From the NCBI GenBank assembly GCA_902802105.1, contig CADCKR010000013.1, positions 892 to 64,891 of the forward strand: DNA of 64,000 nucleotides. The letters are read 5' to 3'. A program made the position numbers and the translations under genes. Position 1 is the first letter of the stretch. Every line of letters starts with the position of its first letter. The DNA comes from an uncultured Ruminococcus sp. Lineage in GTDB: Bacteria; Bacillota; Clostridia; Oscillospirales; Acutalibacteraceae. This document shows positions 1 to 10,065 of this stretch, one piece after another. The notes beneath the pieces are model-generated. The model did no database searches, had not been told where the DNA came from, and was given only the letters and a program-made list of their open reading frames with translations.

Positions 1-299
1 CAACAGGCATTAAAAAGGTCATAGAGGATGCAGGCCTTACAGAAGATGACGTTGACCATGTTATTCCCCATCAGGCAAATATAAGAATAATAAATGCATC
101 CGCCAAAAACCTCGGCATTGCAAGAGAAAAATTCTTCTGCAATGTGAATCACTACGGCAATACTTCATCCGGCAGCGTACCGCTCGCTCTTGACGAAGCA
201 AACCGCGCAGGTCTGCTCAAAAAGGGCGACATAATCGCTATGTGCGCTTTCGGCGCAGGTCTTACCACAGGAAGCTGTCTGATACGCTGGAGCAAGTGA
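1..299 (+). CDS. fabH: 3-oxoacyl-ACP synthase III, C-terminal part (5' end outside window)
   Basis: Frame-3 translation TGIKKVIEDAGL..HQANIRII..NHYGNTSSGSVPLALDEA..AFGAGLTTGSCLIRWSK; stop TGA 297-299; heads the fab/acc cluster. Confidence 0.85.
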   Translation, partial: TGIKKVIEDAGLTEDDVDHVIPHQANIRIINASAKNLGIAREKFFCNVNHYGNTSSGSVPLALDEANRAGLLKKGDIIAMCAFGAGLTTGSCLIRWSK

Positions 300-412
300 C
301 AGTCCGGCACGATAGCATAAATACATAGCGCAATGCGGCCGAATTATTGTTTATAAACAGGATCATAAATTATACAGCGCCGTGTTTTCGGCGAGATACG
401 GAGGATCAGCTT

Positions 413-1309
413 ATGGCAAAAACAGCTTTGGTTTTTTCCGGTCAGGGCGCTCAGTATCCGGGAATGGGTAAGGAGCTTTATGAATGTTCACCCGCTGCAA
501 AGGCAGTATTCGATATGGCGGAGGCTATACGTCCGGGCACGATAAAGCAGTGCTTTGAGGGCACAAAGGAGGAGCTTTCCGTTACCATCAATACACAGCC
601 CTGTGTTTTTATCACCGACCTTGCAGCAGCGGCGGCGGCAGCCGAAAAAGGGATAAAGCCCGATTTTGCAGCAGGATTTTCTCTTGGCGAGATCGCTGCT
701 ATCGCATTTGCGGGAATGCTTTCCTATGAAGATGCTTTCAGGCTCGTATGCAAGAGGGCTGAGCTTATGGACAAGGCTGCAAAGGAATGTCCGGGTGCAA
801 TGGCGGCTGTAATGAAGATCACTCCGGAACAGACAGAGGAGATCTGCGCAGGCTTCAAAAAGGCATATCCGGTAAACTACAACAGTCCCGCGCAGACGGT
901 CGTGGCGGCTGATGTCAGCGAGATAGACGAGCTTTGCGAAAAGGTAAAGGCTCTTAAAGGCAAGGCTGTCAAATTAGCGGTAAGCGGCGCTTTCCATTCA
1001 CCGTTTATGGATGCCGCTTCTCAGGGCATGGCGGAGTATCTTAAGGATATAGAGCTTAAAGCCCCGCAGATACCCGTATATGCAAACTATACGGCACAGC
1101 CCTATGAGGGCGATTACAAGGAGCTTGTCGCCATGCAGATAAACCATCCCGTAAGATGGCAGAAAACTGTTGAGAACATGATCGAAGCAGGCGCCGAAAG
1201 CTTTATTGAAGTCGGTGTAGGAAAAACGCTCACCGGACTTATCAAAAAGATCAACGCACAGGTCAGTGCAGTAAATATTGAAAATAAGGAGGGACTTGAC
1301 AGCCTTTGA
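413..1309 (+). CDS. fabD: malonyl-CoA:ACP transacylase
   Basis: ORF 347-1309; LVFSGQGAQYPGMG and GFSLGE active-site motifs; ATG 413 follows GGAGGA (400-405) and is preferred over 347. Confidence 0.9.
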   Translation: MAKTALVFSGQGAQYPGMGKELYECSPAAKAVFDMAEAIRPGTIKQCFEGTKEELSVTINTQPCVFITDLAAAAAAAEKGIKPDFAAGFSLGEIAAIAFAGMLSYEDAFRLVCKRAELMDKAAKECPGAMAAVMKITPEQTEEICAGFKKAYPVNYNSPAQTVVAADVSEIDELCEKVKALKGKAVKLAVSGAFHSPFMDAASQGMAEYLKDIELKAPQIPVYANYTAQPYEGDYKELVAMQINHPVRWQKTVENMIEAGAESFIEVGVGKTLTGLIKKINAQVSAVNIENKEGLDSL

Positions 1310-1329
1310 GCGGCTGTCGGGGCAAAGCC

Positions 1330-2076
1330 ATGTTTGAGCTTACAGAAAAAACAGCGATAATCACCGGTGCATCAAGAGGAATAGGAAAGGGTATCGCACT
1401 CAAGTTTGCAGAGCTTGGAGCAAACATCGCATTCCTGCACTTCAATGACGGAGAAAAAGCAGACGAGACAGTAAAAGAGCTTGAAGAAAAAGGCGTAAAG
1501 GTAAAGGCATATAACTGCAACGTAGCTGACTTTGAAGCATCAAAGCAGGTAATTGATGAGATAATAGCCGAGTTCGGCGAGGTGCATATCCTTGTCAACA
1601 ATGCCGGCATCGTCAGGGACGGTCTTATCCTCTCAATGAAGGAGGCTGATTTCGATGCGGTTATCAGCGTCAACCTCAAGGGCGCATTCAACATGACAAA
1701 GAATATATATCAGCACTTTATGAAGAAGAGAAGAGGAAGAATAATCAACATCTCCTCTATCGTCGGCATAAACGGCAATGCAGGCCAGGCAAACTACGCT
1801 TCCGCCAAGGCAGGCCTTATCGGACTTACAAAGTCTGTGGCAAAGGAGCTTGGCTCACGCGGCGTGACTGCAAACGCTATCGCTCCCGGATTTATCAAGA
1901 CTGACATGACGGACGGTATGCCCGAAAAAGCAAGAGAAGCAGCTCTTGCGGCTATCCCGATGAAAAGAGCAGGTCAGGTAGAAGATATCGCAAACACTGC
2001 GGCATTCCTTGCAAGCGATGAGGCCTCCTATATCACCGGCGAGGTCATAAGAGTAGACGGCGGTATGGCTATCTGA
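1330..2076 (+). CDS. fabG: 3-oxoacyl-ACP reductase (SDR)
   Basis: ORF 1306-2076; TGASRGIGK, NNAG, YASAKAG motifs; ATG 1330 gives the usual MFELTEK..TGASRGIG N-terminus. Confidence 0.9.
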   Translation: MFELTEKTAIITGASRGIGKGIALKFAELGANIAFLHFNDGEKADETVKELEEKGVKVKAYNCNVADFEASKQVIDEIIAEFGEVHILVNNAGIVRDGLILSMKEADFDAVISVNLKGAFNMTKNIYQHFMKKRRGRIINISSIVGINGNAGQANYASAKAGLIGLTKSVAKELGSRGVTANAIAPGFIKTDMTDGMPEKAREAALAAIPMKRAGQVEDIANTAAFLASDEASYITGEVIRVDGGMAI

Positions 2077-2182
2077 TATCCGGTCCATCAAGGCACTGCG
2101 TATGGCCGGGAATGATACTTTCCGGATGTTTGCTTTTTATAGCATCGTGAAAGTACAGAAATAAGGAAGGATGACAATATTA

Positions 2183-3403
2183 ATGAAAAGAGTTGTTGTA
2201 ACAGGTATGGGCGCCGTTACTCCTGTGGGCAATGATGTTCAGACCACATGGGACGCGCTGAAAAACGGCAGAAGCGGAATTACCATAGTAACAAGATATG
2301 ACCCTGAATTTACAAAGGCAAAGGTAGTGGCTGAGGTCAAAAACTTCGACCCTACAGAATATATCGAAAAAAGAGAGTGCCGCAGAATGGATCTCTTTAC
2401 TCAGTACGCTATAGCTGCGGCTGACCAGGCTGTTGCAGACAGTGCTATCAAAGGTCAGATCGAACCGGAGCGTTTCGGAGTTTATGCAGGCTCCGGCGTC
2501 GGCGGCATTATAACATTCTATGAGCAGAGCATCAATATGTACACCGACAAGAACATCTCCCCGTTCTTTATCCCGATGATGATAAGCAATATCGCATCAG
2601 GCAATATCGCTATCAGACACAATGCGCAGGGACCGTGCCTGCCGGTAGTTACAGCCTGTTCAACATCTACCCATGCAATAGGCGAGGCCTACAGGGCTAT
2701 AAAGTTCGGTTATGCAGACGCCGTTATTGCCGGCGGCGCAGAGGCCGCTCTCCATCCCCTTGCAATAAAGGGCTTTACAAGCTGCAAGGCTCTTACAATG
2801 AGCGAGGATCCCGAAAACGCTTCTATCCCCTTTGACAAGCGCAGGAACGGCTTCGTGCTTGGTGAAGGCGCAGCTATGCTCGTGCTTGAGGAATATGAAC
2901 ACGCAGTCGCAAGAGGTGCAAAGATATACGGCGAGATATGCGGCTACGGCAACACCTGCGATGCACACCACATCACAGCGCCGGATCCCGAAGCAAAGGT
3001 CGCAGGCAGATGTGTTGCACAGGCTCTTGATGAAGCCGGATATATAAAGGGAGAGCCGCTTTACATCAATGCTCACGGTACGAGCACACCGATGAATGAT
3101 TCTACAGAAACCAAAATATTCAAGCTTGCGCTCGGTGATGACGCTTACAAGGCTCACATCAGCTCAACAAAGTCAATGACCGGACATATGCTTGGCGCAA
3201 CAGGCGCGGTCGAAGCCATTGCCGCTATAATGGCTCTTCGTGAAGGCATAATCCCGCCCACGATCGGATATAAGGAGCCTGATCCTGAATGTGATCTCGA
3301 CTACACTCCGAACAAGGCCGTTGAAGCTGAGGTAGGAATGGCACTTTCTACTACATTCGGCTTCGGCGGACACAATGCTTGTCTTGCGTTCCGTAAAATA
3401 TAA
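2183..3403 (+). CDS. fabF: 3-oxoacyl-ACP synthase II
   Basis: KAS II motifs (ACSTSTHAIG, HGTSTPMND, GHMLGATG); start at 2183 (MKRVVVTGMG) or 2171. Confidence 0.9.
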   Translation: MKRVVVTGMGAVTPVGNDVQTTWDALKNGRSGITIVTRYDPEFTKAKVVAEVKNFDPTEYIEKRECRRMDLFTQYAIAAADQAVADSAIKGQIEPERFGVYAGSGVGGIITFYEQSINMYTDKNISPFFIPMMISNIASGNIAIRHNAQGPCLPVVTACSTSTHAIGEAYRAIKFGYADAVIAGGAEAALHPLAIKGFTSCKALTMSEDPENASIPFDKRRNGFVLGEGAAMLVLEEYEHAVARGAKIYGEICGYGNTCDAHHITAPDPEAKVAGRCVAQALDEAGYIKGEPLYINAHGTSTPMNDSTETKIFKLALGDDAYKAHISSTKSMTGHMLGATGAVEAIAAIMALREGIIPPTIGYKEPDPECDLDYTPNKAVEAEVGMALSTTFGFGGHNACLAFRKI

Positions 3404-3419
3404 TTAGGAGAGATCGTCA

Positions 3420-3878
3420 ATGTATAGTGTTGAAGAAGTAAAAGAGCTGCTCAAAGCCTTTGACAGTTCAAAGGCTACTAAGCTTGTGCTGAAGGGTGAA
3501 GACGGTGAGGTGCTGACGATCGCTCAGAAATGCGGCAAAGCAGTGGTATGCGCATCAGAAGCCGCACCGGCAGCAGCACCGAGCACTGCAGAAAAGCTCC
3601 CTGCTGCACCGTTTATCCACGAAGAGGAAAAGCAGGAGAACGAGGGCACACCGATCGCATCACCTATGGTCGGCGTCTTCTATGCTGCTCCGTCACCGGA
3701 TAAGGAGCCTTATGTGAGTGTCGGTTCAAAGGTAAAGAAGGGCGATGTGCTCTGTCTGGTTGAGGCTATGAAGCTTATGAACGAGGTGACTGCCGAGCAG
3801 AGCGGCGAGATAACCGCTGTTTGTGCAGATAACGGCCAGGTCGTTGAATACGGCCAGACACTGTTTATGATAAAGTAA
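3420..3878 (+). CDS. accB: biotin carboxyl carrier protein of acetyl-CoA carboxylase
   Basis: Ala/Pro linker plus EAMKLMNEV biotinyl-lysine motif; AGGAG RBS upstream. Confidence 0.9.
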   Translation: MYSVEEVKELLKAFDSSKATKLVLKGEDGEVLTIAQKCGKAVVCASEAAPAAAPSTAEKLPAAPFIHEEEKQENEGTPIASPMVGVFYAAPSPDKEPYVSVGSKVKKGDVLCLVEAMKLMNEVTAEQSGEITAVCADNGQVVEYGQTLFMIK

Positions 3879-3935
3879 GAGCCGGGCGGGTGTGAGCATC
3901 AGCCTGAGCTTAATTACGGACAGGAGACTGAACAA

Positions 3936-4379
3936 ATGAACAAAAAAGAGCTTGAAAGCATTATTCCTCACAGAAATTCAATGCTTCTTATAGATGAGGC
4001 AACCAAAACAGGCGAAAAAACCTGCGAGGGTAAAAAGTATATTACCGGCAGCGAGTGGTTCCTTGACGGACATTTTCCGGGAAATCCCGTAGTTCCGGGC
4101 GTTATCCTCTGCGAAATGATGGCACAGGCAAGCTCTGTCATCATTGCCGAGGTCTCAGCAAAGAGCATTCCGTTTTTTGCCGGCATCGAGAAGGCAAAGT
4201 TCAAGCAGAAGGTCCTTCCCGGAGATACCCTTGAGATCAAGTGCGAGCTTATAAAAAACAGGAGTGTTTTCTACTTTGTTGAGGGCAAGGGATATGTCAA
4301 CGGCAAGCTTGCTGTTTCGGCTGAGTTTTCCTTTGCTCTTATACCCAAGGATAAGGTCGAAGGCATGAAACAGGAATAA
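3936..4379 (+). CDS. fabZ: 3-hydroxyacyl-ACP dehydratase
   Basis: Hotdog motif LDGHFPGNPVVPGVILCEMMAQ. Confidence 0.9.
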   Translation: MNKKELESIIPHRNSMLLIDEATKTGEKTCEGKKYITGSEWFLDGHFPGNPVVPGVILCEMMAQASSVIIAEVSAKSIPFFAGIEKAKFKQKVLPGDTLEIKCELIKNRSVFYFVEGKGYVNGKLAVSAEFSFALIPKDKVEGMKQE

Positions 4380-4426
4380 ACAACGAATAATACACCGCCT
4401 GCGGCGGTGAGGGGAGGGCGCAGTAA

Positions 4427-5785
4427 TTGTTTTCTAAAATACTGATCGCCAACAGAGGCGAAATAGCAGTAAGGATAATTCGTGCCTGCCGTGAAATGGG
4501 GATCTCCACCGTTGCGGTGTATTCTCAGGCGGATAAGGATGCGCTTCATGTCAGCATGGCCGACGAAAGCTACTGCATAGGAGGGCCGCAGGTAGCCGAC
4601 AGCTACCTGAATATGGCAGCTATCCTCGAAACGGCTGTTGTATCCGGCGCACAGGCTATTCATCCGGGCTATGGTCTGCTTTCGGAGAACGCTAAGTTTG
4701 TGTCGCTGTGCGAGAAATGCAATATCGAATTTATCGGACCGTCCTCCGCAATGATAGAGCGGCTGGGTGACAAGGATGCTGCAAGAAAGACTATGAAGGA
4801 GGCGGGTGTGCCCGTAACTCCCGGAAGCGATGTTATTGATGATATAGACGAAGCAAGAGAAAAGGCAAAGGAAATAGGCTTCCCTCTGCTTGTAAAGGCG
4901 CGTTCCGGCGGCGGCGGCAGAGGCATCCGCCGTGTTGACCGCATAGAGGATTTTGACAATGCGTTCATGTCGGCGAAGGCCGAGGCTCAGAGCGCATTCG
5001 GCGACGGCGCTGTATATATGGAGAAGTTCCTCACTCCCGTAAAGCACATCGAGATGCAGCTTTTGTGCGACAAATACGGAAATGTTGTTTGTCTTGGAGA
5101 GCGTGAATGCTCGGTGCAGAGGAAAAATCAGAAGCTCATAGAGGAATGTCCCTCTCCGGCCATTACGCCGGAGCTTCGCAAAAAAATGATGACTGCGGCT
5201 GTCAAGGCTGCAAAGGCTGTTAACTACGAAAACGCAGGAACAGTTGAGTTCCTTCTTGATAAGGATAAGAATTTCTACTTCATGGAGATGAACACACGTC
5301 TTCAGGTCGAGCATCCGGTAACAGAGATGGTGGTGGGCATTGATATCGTCCAGTGGATGATACGCATTGCTTCCGGTGCGAAGCTGACGGTCACTCAGGA
5401 CAGAGTATATCTGCACGGAAACGCCATTGAGTGCCGCATCAACGCTGAGGATGCAGAACACAACTTCCGCCCGAGCTGCGGTACACTGGATTTTATACAT
5501 ATACCCGGCGGCCCGTGCGTAAGGTTCGATACTGCGATCTACCAGAACTATAAAGTCCCGCCCTATTATGACTCCATGATAGGCAAGCTTATCGTGCAGG
5601 CACGTTCAAGAGAGCTTGCTATCCGCAAGATGAAGATGGCTCTCAGCGAGCTGACCATCAACGGAATAAAGCATAACCGTGATATGCACGTGGATATACT
5701 CTCCGATCCAGAATTCGTATCGGGTGAATACACAACGAACTTTATGGAAGAACGCAGCAAAAAAGCAGAAAAGAAAAAGGGATAG
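4427..5785 (+). CDS. accC: acetyl-CoA carboxylase biotin carboxylase subunit
   Basis: TTG start; KILIANRGEIAVRIIRA, GGGGRGIRRV, EMNTRLQVEHPVTE ATP-grasp motifs. Confidence 0.95.
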   Translation: MFSKILIANRGEIAVRIIRACREMGISTVAVYSQADKDALHVSMADESYCIGGPQVADSYLNMAAILETAVVSGAQAIHPGYGLLSENAKFVSLCEKCNIEFIGPSSAMIERLGDKDAARKTMKEAGVPVTPGSDVIDDIDEAREKAKEIGFPLLVKARSGGGGRGIRRVDRIEDFDNAFMSAKAEAQSAFGDGAVYMEKFLTPVKHIEMQLLCDKYGNVVCLGERECSVQRKNQKLIEECPSPAITPELRKKMMTAAVKAAKAVNYENAGTVEFLLDKDKNFYFMEMNTRLQVEHPVTEMVVGIDIVQWMIRIASGAKLTVTQDRVYLHGNAIECRINAEDAEHNFRPSCGTLDFIHIPGGPCVRFDTAIYQNYKVPPYYDSMIGKLIVQARSRELAIRKMKMALSELTINGIKHNRDMHVDILSDPEFVSGEYTTNFMEERSKKAEKKKG

Positions 5786-5838
5786 TACTGTATTCCGGCT
5801 TGCTGAGATCAACATAATCAAACAATAAAAACGGGCAG

Positions 5839-6738
5839 GTGTATGAATTGCCGGATTTTTTTAATTTTCTTAAACCGAAAAACGAGCTTGAAAATCAGGG
5901 CGGGTTCATTGAGAGCCATCCTTATATCCCTGAGGAGCTTTGGATAAAATGTCCTGTTTGCAAAAACGCGATATTATCGTCTGATCTTATGGATAACCAT
6001 AAGGTCTGCCCAAACTGTAATTATCATTTCCGCATTGCCGCGCGTCAGCGTGTGGAAATGACGGTTGACGAGGATACATTCTGCGAGATGGATGCGGAAA
6101 TGGCCTCTGTCAACAAGATAGACTTTCCCGACTATGAAAAAAAGCTCAAAAGCGCAAAGCTCAGCAGCGGCGAGAATGAATCTGTCATTACCGGAACCGC
6201 TAAGATCTGCGGTGAGGATACCGTTATTGCCGTGATGAACTCCCAGTTTATGATGGGCTCTATGGGTACCGTCACCGGCGAAAAGATCACAAGGGCTTTT
6301 GAATATGCCACTGTTCACAGGCTGCCGATCGTTATCTTTACGGTTTCGGGCGGCGCAAGAATGCAGGAGGGTATACTTTCGCTCATGCAGATGGCAAAAA
6401 CGAGCGGAGCTGTCAAGCGTCACAGCGATGCCGGACTTCTTTATATAACCGTACTCACAGACCCGACTACCGGCGGCGTTACCGCAAGCTTCGCTATGGA
6501 GGGAGATATTATCCTTGCCGAGCCGAAGGCGCTTATCGGCTTTGCCGGCCCGAGAGTTATCGAGCAGACCATCCGTCAGAAGCTTCCAAAGGATTTTCAG
6601 TCTGCTGAGTTCCTTCTCGAAAAAGGATTTATTGATGCAGTAGTACAGCGCAGGGATATGAAAAATACCCTTGCAAAGCTTATCAGGCTGCATACCGAAA
6701 ACAACAGTGAGGAGGTGGCGTCCGGTGAGCGCTTATGA
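5839..6738 (+). CDS. accD: acetyl-CoA carboxylase carboxyltransferase beta subunit
   Basis: GTG start; zinc ribbon CPVCKN..CPNCNYH followed by the carboxyltransferase domain. Confidence 0.9.
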   Translation: MYELPDFFNFLKPKNELENQGGFIESHPYIPEELWIKCPVCKNAILSSDLMDNHKVCPNCNYHFRIAARQRVEMTVDEDTFCEMDAEMASVNKIDFPDYEKKLKSAKLSSGENESVITGTAKICGEDTVIAVMNSQFMMGSMGTVTGEKITRAFEYATVHRLPIVIFTVSGGARMQEGILSLMQMAKTSGAVKRHSDAGLLYITVLTDPTTGGVTASFAMEGDIILAEPKALIGFAGPRVIEQTIRQKLPKDFQSAEFLLEKGFIDAVVQRRDMKNTLAKLIRLHTENNSEEVASGERL

Positions 6739-7495
6739 TCATGTGACTGCTGCCCGTGCAAACGACAGACCGACCTCTGTTGATTATATCAGGAGGCTAT
6801 TCGGAGATACCTTCTTTGAGCTTCACGGCGACAGACGCTTTGCCGATGATAAAGCAGTCATCGGCGGTATCGCAGAGCTTAACGGCAAGCCTGTTACGGT
6901 CATCGGGCTTGAAAAGGGCAGGAATCTTCAGGAACGCATGGACAGAAACTTCGGTTCGGCTCATCCAGAAGGCTACCGCAAGGCACTGCGTCTTATGAAA
7001 CAGGCCGAGAAGTTCCGCCGTCCGGTGATCTGCTTTGTAGATACATCCGGCGCTTACTGCGGTATCGGCGCTGAGGAACGCGGTCAGGGACAGGCTATTG
7101 CCGAGAACCTTATGGAGATGATGACACTGCGCACTCCGATACTTTCTATCTTTATCGGAGAGGGCGGCAGCGGCGGCGCTCTTGCTCTTGCTGTTGCGGA
7201 TGAGGTATGGATGCTTGAAAACGCCATCTATTCGGTCATTTCGCCGGAGGGCTGTGCGAGCATACTCTGGAAAGACCCGAGCAAAACTGCCGAAGCCTCA
7301 GAGTGCCTTAAGCTGACGGCTCAGGATCTTTTCAAGTTAGGCGTTATCGAGCGTATCATTCGTGAGCCAAAGGACATAGAGAGCAGGCTTTTTGACAGTC
7401 TTAAAAATCTTATTGCAGATACCTTTGAAAAGAAGCAGGCTATATCTCCCGAAAGGCTTATAGAGCTTCGCTACAATCGTTTCCGCAAATTCTGA
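6725..7495 (+). CDS. accA: acetyl-CoA carboxylase carboxyltransferase alpha subunit
   Basis: ORF 6671-7495; GTG 6725 lies 9 nt after GGAGG (6711-6715) and overlaps the accD stop; motif [12 protein letters not shown]. Confidence 0.9.
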   Translation: MSAYDHVTAARANDRPTSVDYIRRLFGDTFFELHGDRRFADDKAVIGGIAELNGKPVTVIGLEKGRNLQERMDRNFGSAHPEGYRKALRLMKQAEKFRRPVICFVDTSGAYCGIGAEERGQGQAIAENLMEMMTLRTPILSIFIGEGGSGGALALAVADEVWMLENAIYSVISPEGCASILWKDPSKTAEASECLKLTAQDLFKLGVIERIIREPKDIESRLFDSLKNLIADTFEKKQAISPERLIELRYNRFRKF

Positions 7496-7670
7496 TAATA
7501 AGGAACCGTTCAAAAATTATTTTTCATTTCTGCTTGTCTGATTTGCCCCGCTCTGCATTAAATTTTCTTCAAATACGCCGGTATTACTGCGAAAATTTGC
7601 CTTGCTCAGAACAAATCATACTGCGCATAATTGAAAACCGATTTCCTTACAGTTCCTAATCTGAACTACC

Positions 7671-7720
7671 GCTCCACCGGCCGGCTCTTTCTGATCCGCT
7701 CTGTGGAGCTTTATGCTTTA
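7671..7720 (+). terminator. possible weak terminator after the fab/acc cluster
   Basis: 7-bp stem GCTCCAC (7671-7677) / GTGGAGC (7703-7709) followed by TTTATGCTTT; long loop. Confidence 0.3.
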
Positions 7721-7808
7721 TACTAATACCTAACAAAAAGCAGACAATTTTTGCGGTCTCAGGAATTAGTATTACTTCGTAAAAGATAAAAAGAAAAGGA
7801 AGAAAAAA

Positions 7809-8327
7809 ATGTCTACACTTAATATCGTTCTTGTTGAGCCGGAAATACCCCAGAATACCGGCAACATTGCAAGGACCTGTGCGGCAACCGGCGCACGTCT
7901 GCATATCGTTAAGCCAATGGGCTTCACTCCGACTGACAAGCACCTCAAGCGTGCCGGCCTTGACTATTGGCATTATCTTGATATAACATATTATGAGGGG
8001 CTTGATGACTTTTTTGCAAGGAACAGCTCAGGAGTGTTCTATTATTTCTCTACCAAGGCGCCGAGAGCCTACACGGATATTTTTTATCCGGATAACTGCT
8101 TTATCGTATTCGGCAAGGAAACAAAGGGACTGCCTGAAAAGCTTCTTTTTGAGAACCCGGAAACTACCGTCAGGATACCTATGCTTACAGGGATAAGGAG
8201 CCTGAACCTCTCCAACTCGGTGGCTATTGCCGCCTATGAGATATTGCGTCAATGGGATTACCCCGAACTGCAAAATTCCGGCAGACTCAGAGAATATGAC
8301 CGGGCAAACAGTCCGTCGCAGGACTGA
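7809..8327 (+). CDS. trmL: SpoU-family tRNA (cytidine/uridine-2'-O-)-methyltransferase
   Basis: IVLVEPEIPQNTGNIARTCAATGARLHIV..GKETKGLP..SLNLSNSVAI, typical TrmL length and motifs. Confidence 0.85.
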   Translation: MSTLNIVLVEPEIPQNTGNIARTCAATGARLHIVKPMGFTPTDKHLKRAGLDYWHYLDITYYEGLDDFFARNSSGVFYYFSTKAPRAYTDIFYPDNCFIVFGKETKGLPEKLLFENPETTVRIPMLTGIRSLNLSNSVAIAAYEILRQWDYPELQNSGRLREYDRANSPSQD

Positions 8328-8419
8328 AAACGTATTTTACGGGCGGAAATGCCTGTGTGATGATCGGCTTTCTCGGAGGCTTCCGAAGAAGTCCAATATA
8401 AAAAGGGAGAAAAGGAATA

Positions 8420-10021
8420 ATGATAACTGTTTCAAATGTATCTGTCAATTTCAGCGGTACGCCGCTTTTTTCGGACGTTGATCTGAAATTTACCGATGGC
8501 AACTGCTATGGTATCATAGGCGCCAACGGTGCGGGAAAGTCTACCTTTCTCAGAGTGCTTTCAGGCGACCTTGAGCCCACCAAGGGTGAGGTGATAATTC
8601 CCGAAAACACAAGAATGTCTGTGCTCAAACAGGATCACTTTGCATTTGATGATTACACTGTTCTTGATACCGTTATTTACGGCAACAAAAAGCTTTACGA
8701 TATAATGAAGGAAAAGGACGCCATATACTCAAAGGCGGATTTCTCGGATGAGGACGGAATAAGAGCCTCTGAGCTTGAAGCTGAGTTTGCCGAGCTTAAC
8801 GGCTGGGAGGCTGAAAGCGACGCATCCAAGCTCATACAGGGTCTTGGCCTGCCCGAAGAAATACTCTATTCGATGATGAGTACACTCACCGGCAACGAAA
8901 AGGTCAAGGTGCTTCTGGCGCAGGCTCTTTTCGGCAACCCTGAGATAATCCTTCTTGACGAGCCTACCAATAACCTTGATGTAAAGGCCATCGCATGGCT
9001 TGAGGATTTTATACTTGACTATGAAGGCACTGTCATTGTTGTATCGCATGACCGACACTTCCTCAACACGGTATGCACACACATGGTAGATATCGACTAC
9101 AACAAAATAAAGATGTATGTGGGCAACTACGAATTCTGGTATGAATCCTCACAGCTCATTCAGGCTATGATAAAGCAGCAGAACAAAAAGACCGAGGAGA
9201 AAATAAAGGAGCTGCAAAGCTTTGTACAGCGCTTCTCTGCAAATAAATCCAAATCGAAGCAGGCTACCTCAAGAAGAAAGCTGCTTGAAAAGCTCTCTGT
9301 TGAGGAGCTTCCGGCTTCAAGCAGACGCTATCCGTTTGTCGGGTTTACTATGGACAGAGAGGTAGGCAAAGAGGTTCTTACCGTTGAGGGTCTTTCCAAA
9401 ACTATCGACGGCGAAAAGGTTCTTGATAATGTATCGTTCCGTATCGAAAGAACAGACAAGGTAGCCTTCCTTTGTGAAAACGAAAACGCTGTTACAGCTC
9501 TTTTTGAGATAATCACCGAAAATATGGAGCCTGACGAGGGCACTTTCAAATGGGGCATCAGCACCTCACAGTCATATTTTCCGAAGGACAACACAGCGTT
9601 CTTTGACGGCAACGAAATGACTATACTTGACTGGATACGTCAGTATGTAAGGGGCAACGATGACACCGATACATATCTCAGGGGCTTCCTCGGCAGGATG
9701 CTTTTCTCCGGTGATGATGTGTTCAAGCCTGTCAACGTACTTTCCGGCGGTGAGAAGGTGCGCTGTATGCTTTCAAGGATGATGATGTTCGGCGCAAACT
9801 GCCTGATACTCGATCAGCCTACGAACCATCTTGACCTTGAATCTATCACAGCCGTCAACAAGGGCTTGCAGAGCTTCAAGGGTGTTGTGCTCTTTACATC
9901 ACACGATCACGAATTCATATCAACAGTCGCAAACAGGATCATTGTACTTGAAAAGGACGGCATAAGAGATGTTACCGAATCCTACGACGAATATCTTGCC
10001 GAAAGGTACGATGTCAGCTGA
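8420..10021 (+). CDS. ABC-F family ATPase (two ABC cassettes, no membrane domain)
   Basis: Two Walker A/signature sets (GANGAGKST..LTGNEKVKV..LLDEPTN; LSGGEKVRC..ILDQPTNHLD) and an inter-domain linker; 533 aa, YbiT-like size. Confidence 0.9.
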   Translation: MITVSNVSVNFSGTPLFSDVDLKFTDGNCYGIIGANGAGKSTFLRVLSGDLEPTKGEVIIPENTRMSVLKQDHFAFDDYTVLDTVIYGNKKLYDIMKEKDAIYSKADFSDEDGIRASELEAEFAELNGWEAESDASKLIQGLGLPEEILYSMMSTLTGNEKVKVLLAQALFGNPEIILLDEPTNNLDVKAIAWLEDFILDYEGTVIVVSHDRHFLNTVCTHMVDIDYNKIKMYVGNYEFWYESSQLIQAMIKQQNKKTEEKIKELQSFVQRFSANKSKSKQATSRRKLLEKLSVEELPASSRRYPFVGFTMDREVGKEVLTVEGLSKTIDGEKVLDNVSFRIERTDKVAFLCENENAVTALFEIITENMEPDEGTFKWGISTSQSYFPKDNTAFFDGNEMTILDWIRQYVRGNDDTDTYLRGFLGRMLFSGDDVFKPVNVLSGGEKVRCMLSRMMMFGANCLILDQPTNHLDLESITAVNKGLQSFKGVVLFTSHDHEFISTVANRIIVLEKDGIRDVTESYDEYLAERYDVS

Positions 10022-10065
10022 CAGGCTGTAATGCACTTTAAAAGCACCTGACAAGGAGGGAGAGC

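Noticed and set aside
3613-3621. DnaA-box-like TTATCCAC sequences (also near 27554)
   Set aside because: These are isolated single boxes inside coding sequence, and there is no cluster or AT-rich unwinding element nearby.
4271-5500. 409-aa ORF antisense to accC; similar long antisense ORFs at 19061-20017, 25103-25990, 38187-39140 and 10515-11168
   Set aside because: Each lies fully inside a gene with unmistakable conserved motifs on the other strand. Their translations are low-complexity and motif-free with no RBS, so they are typical shadow ORFs.
7656-7973. 105-aa minus-strand ORF overlapping the trmL start
   Set aside because: It is antisense to the well-supported trmL N-terminus and extends into repeat-containing intergenic DNA.
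8328-8419. Leader-peptide or attenuator control typical of antibiotic-resistance ABC-F genes
   Set aside because: The 92-nt gap has no small ORF with an RBS and no convincing terminator/antiterminator pair. The protein's size and sequence look like a housekeeping YbiT-type ABC-F.
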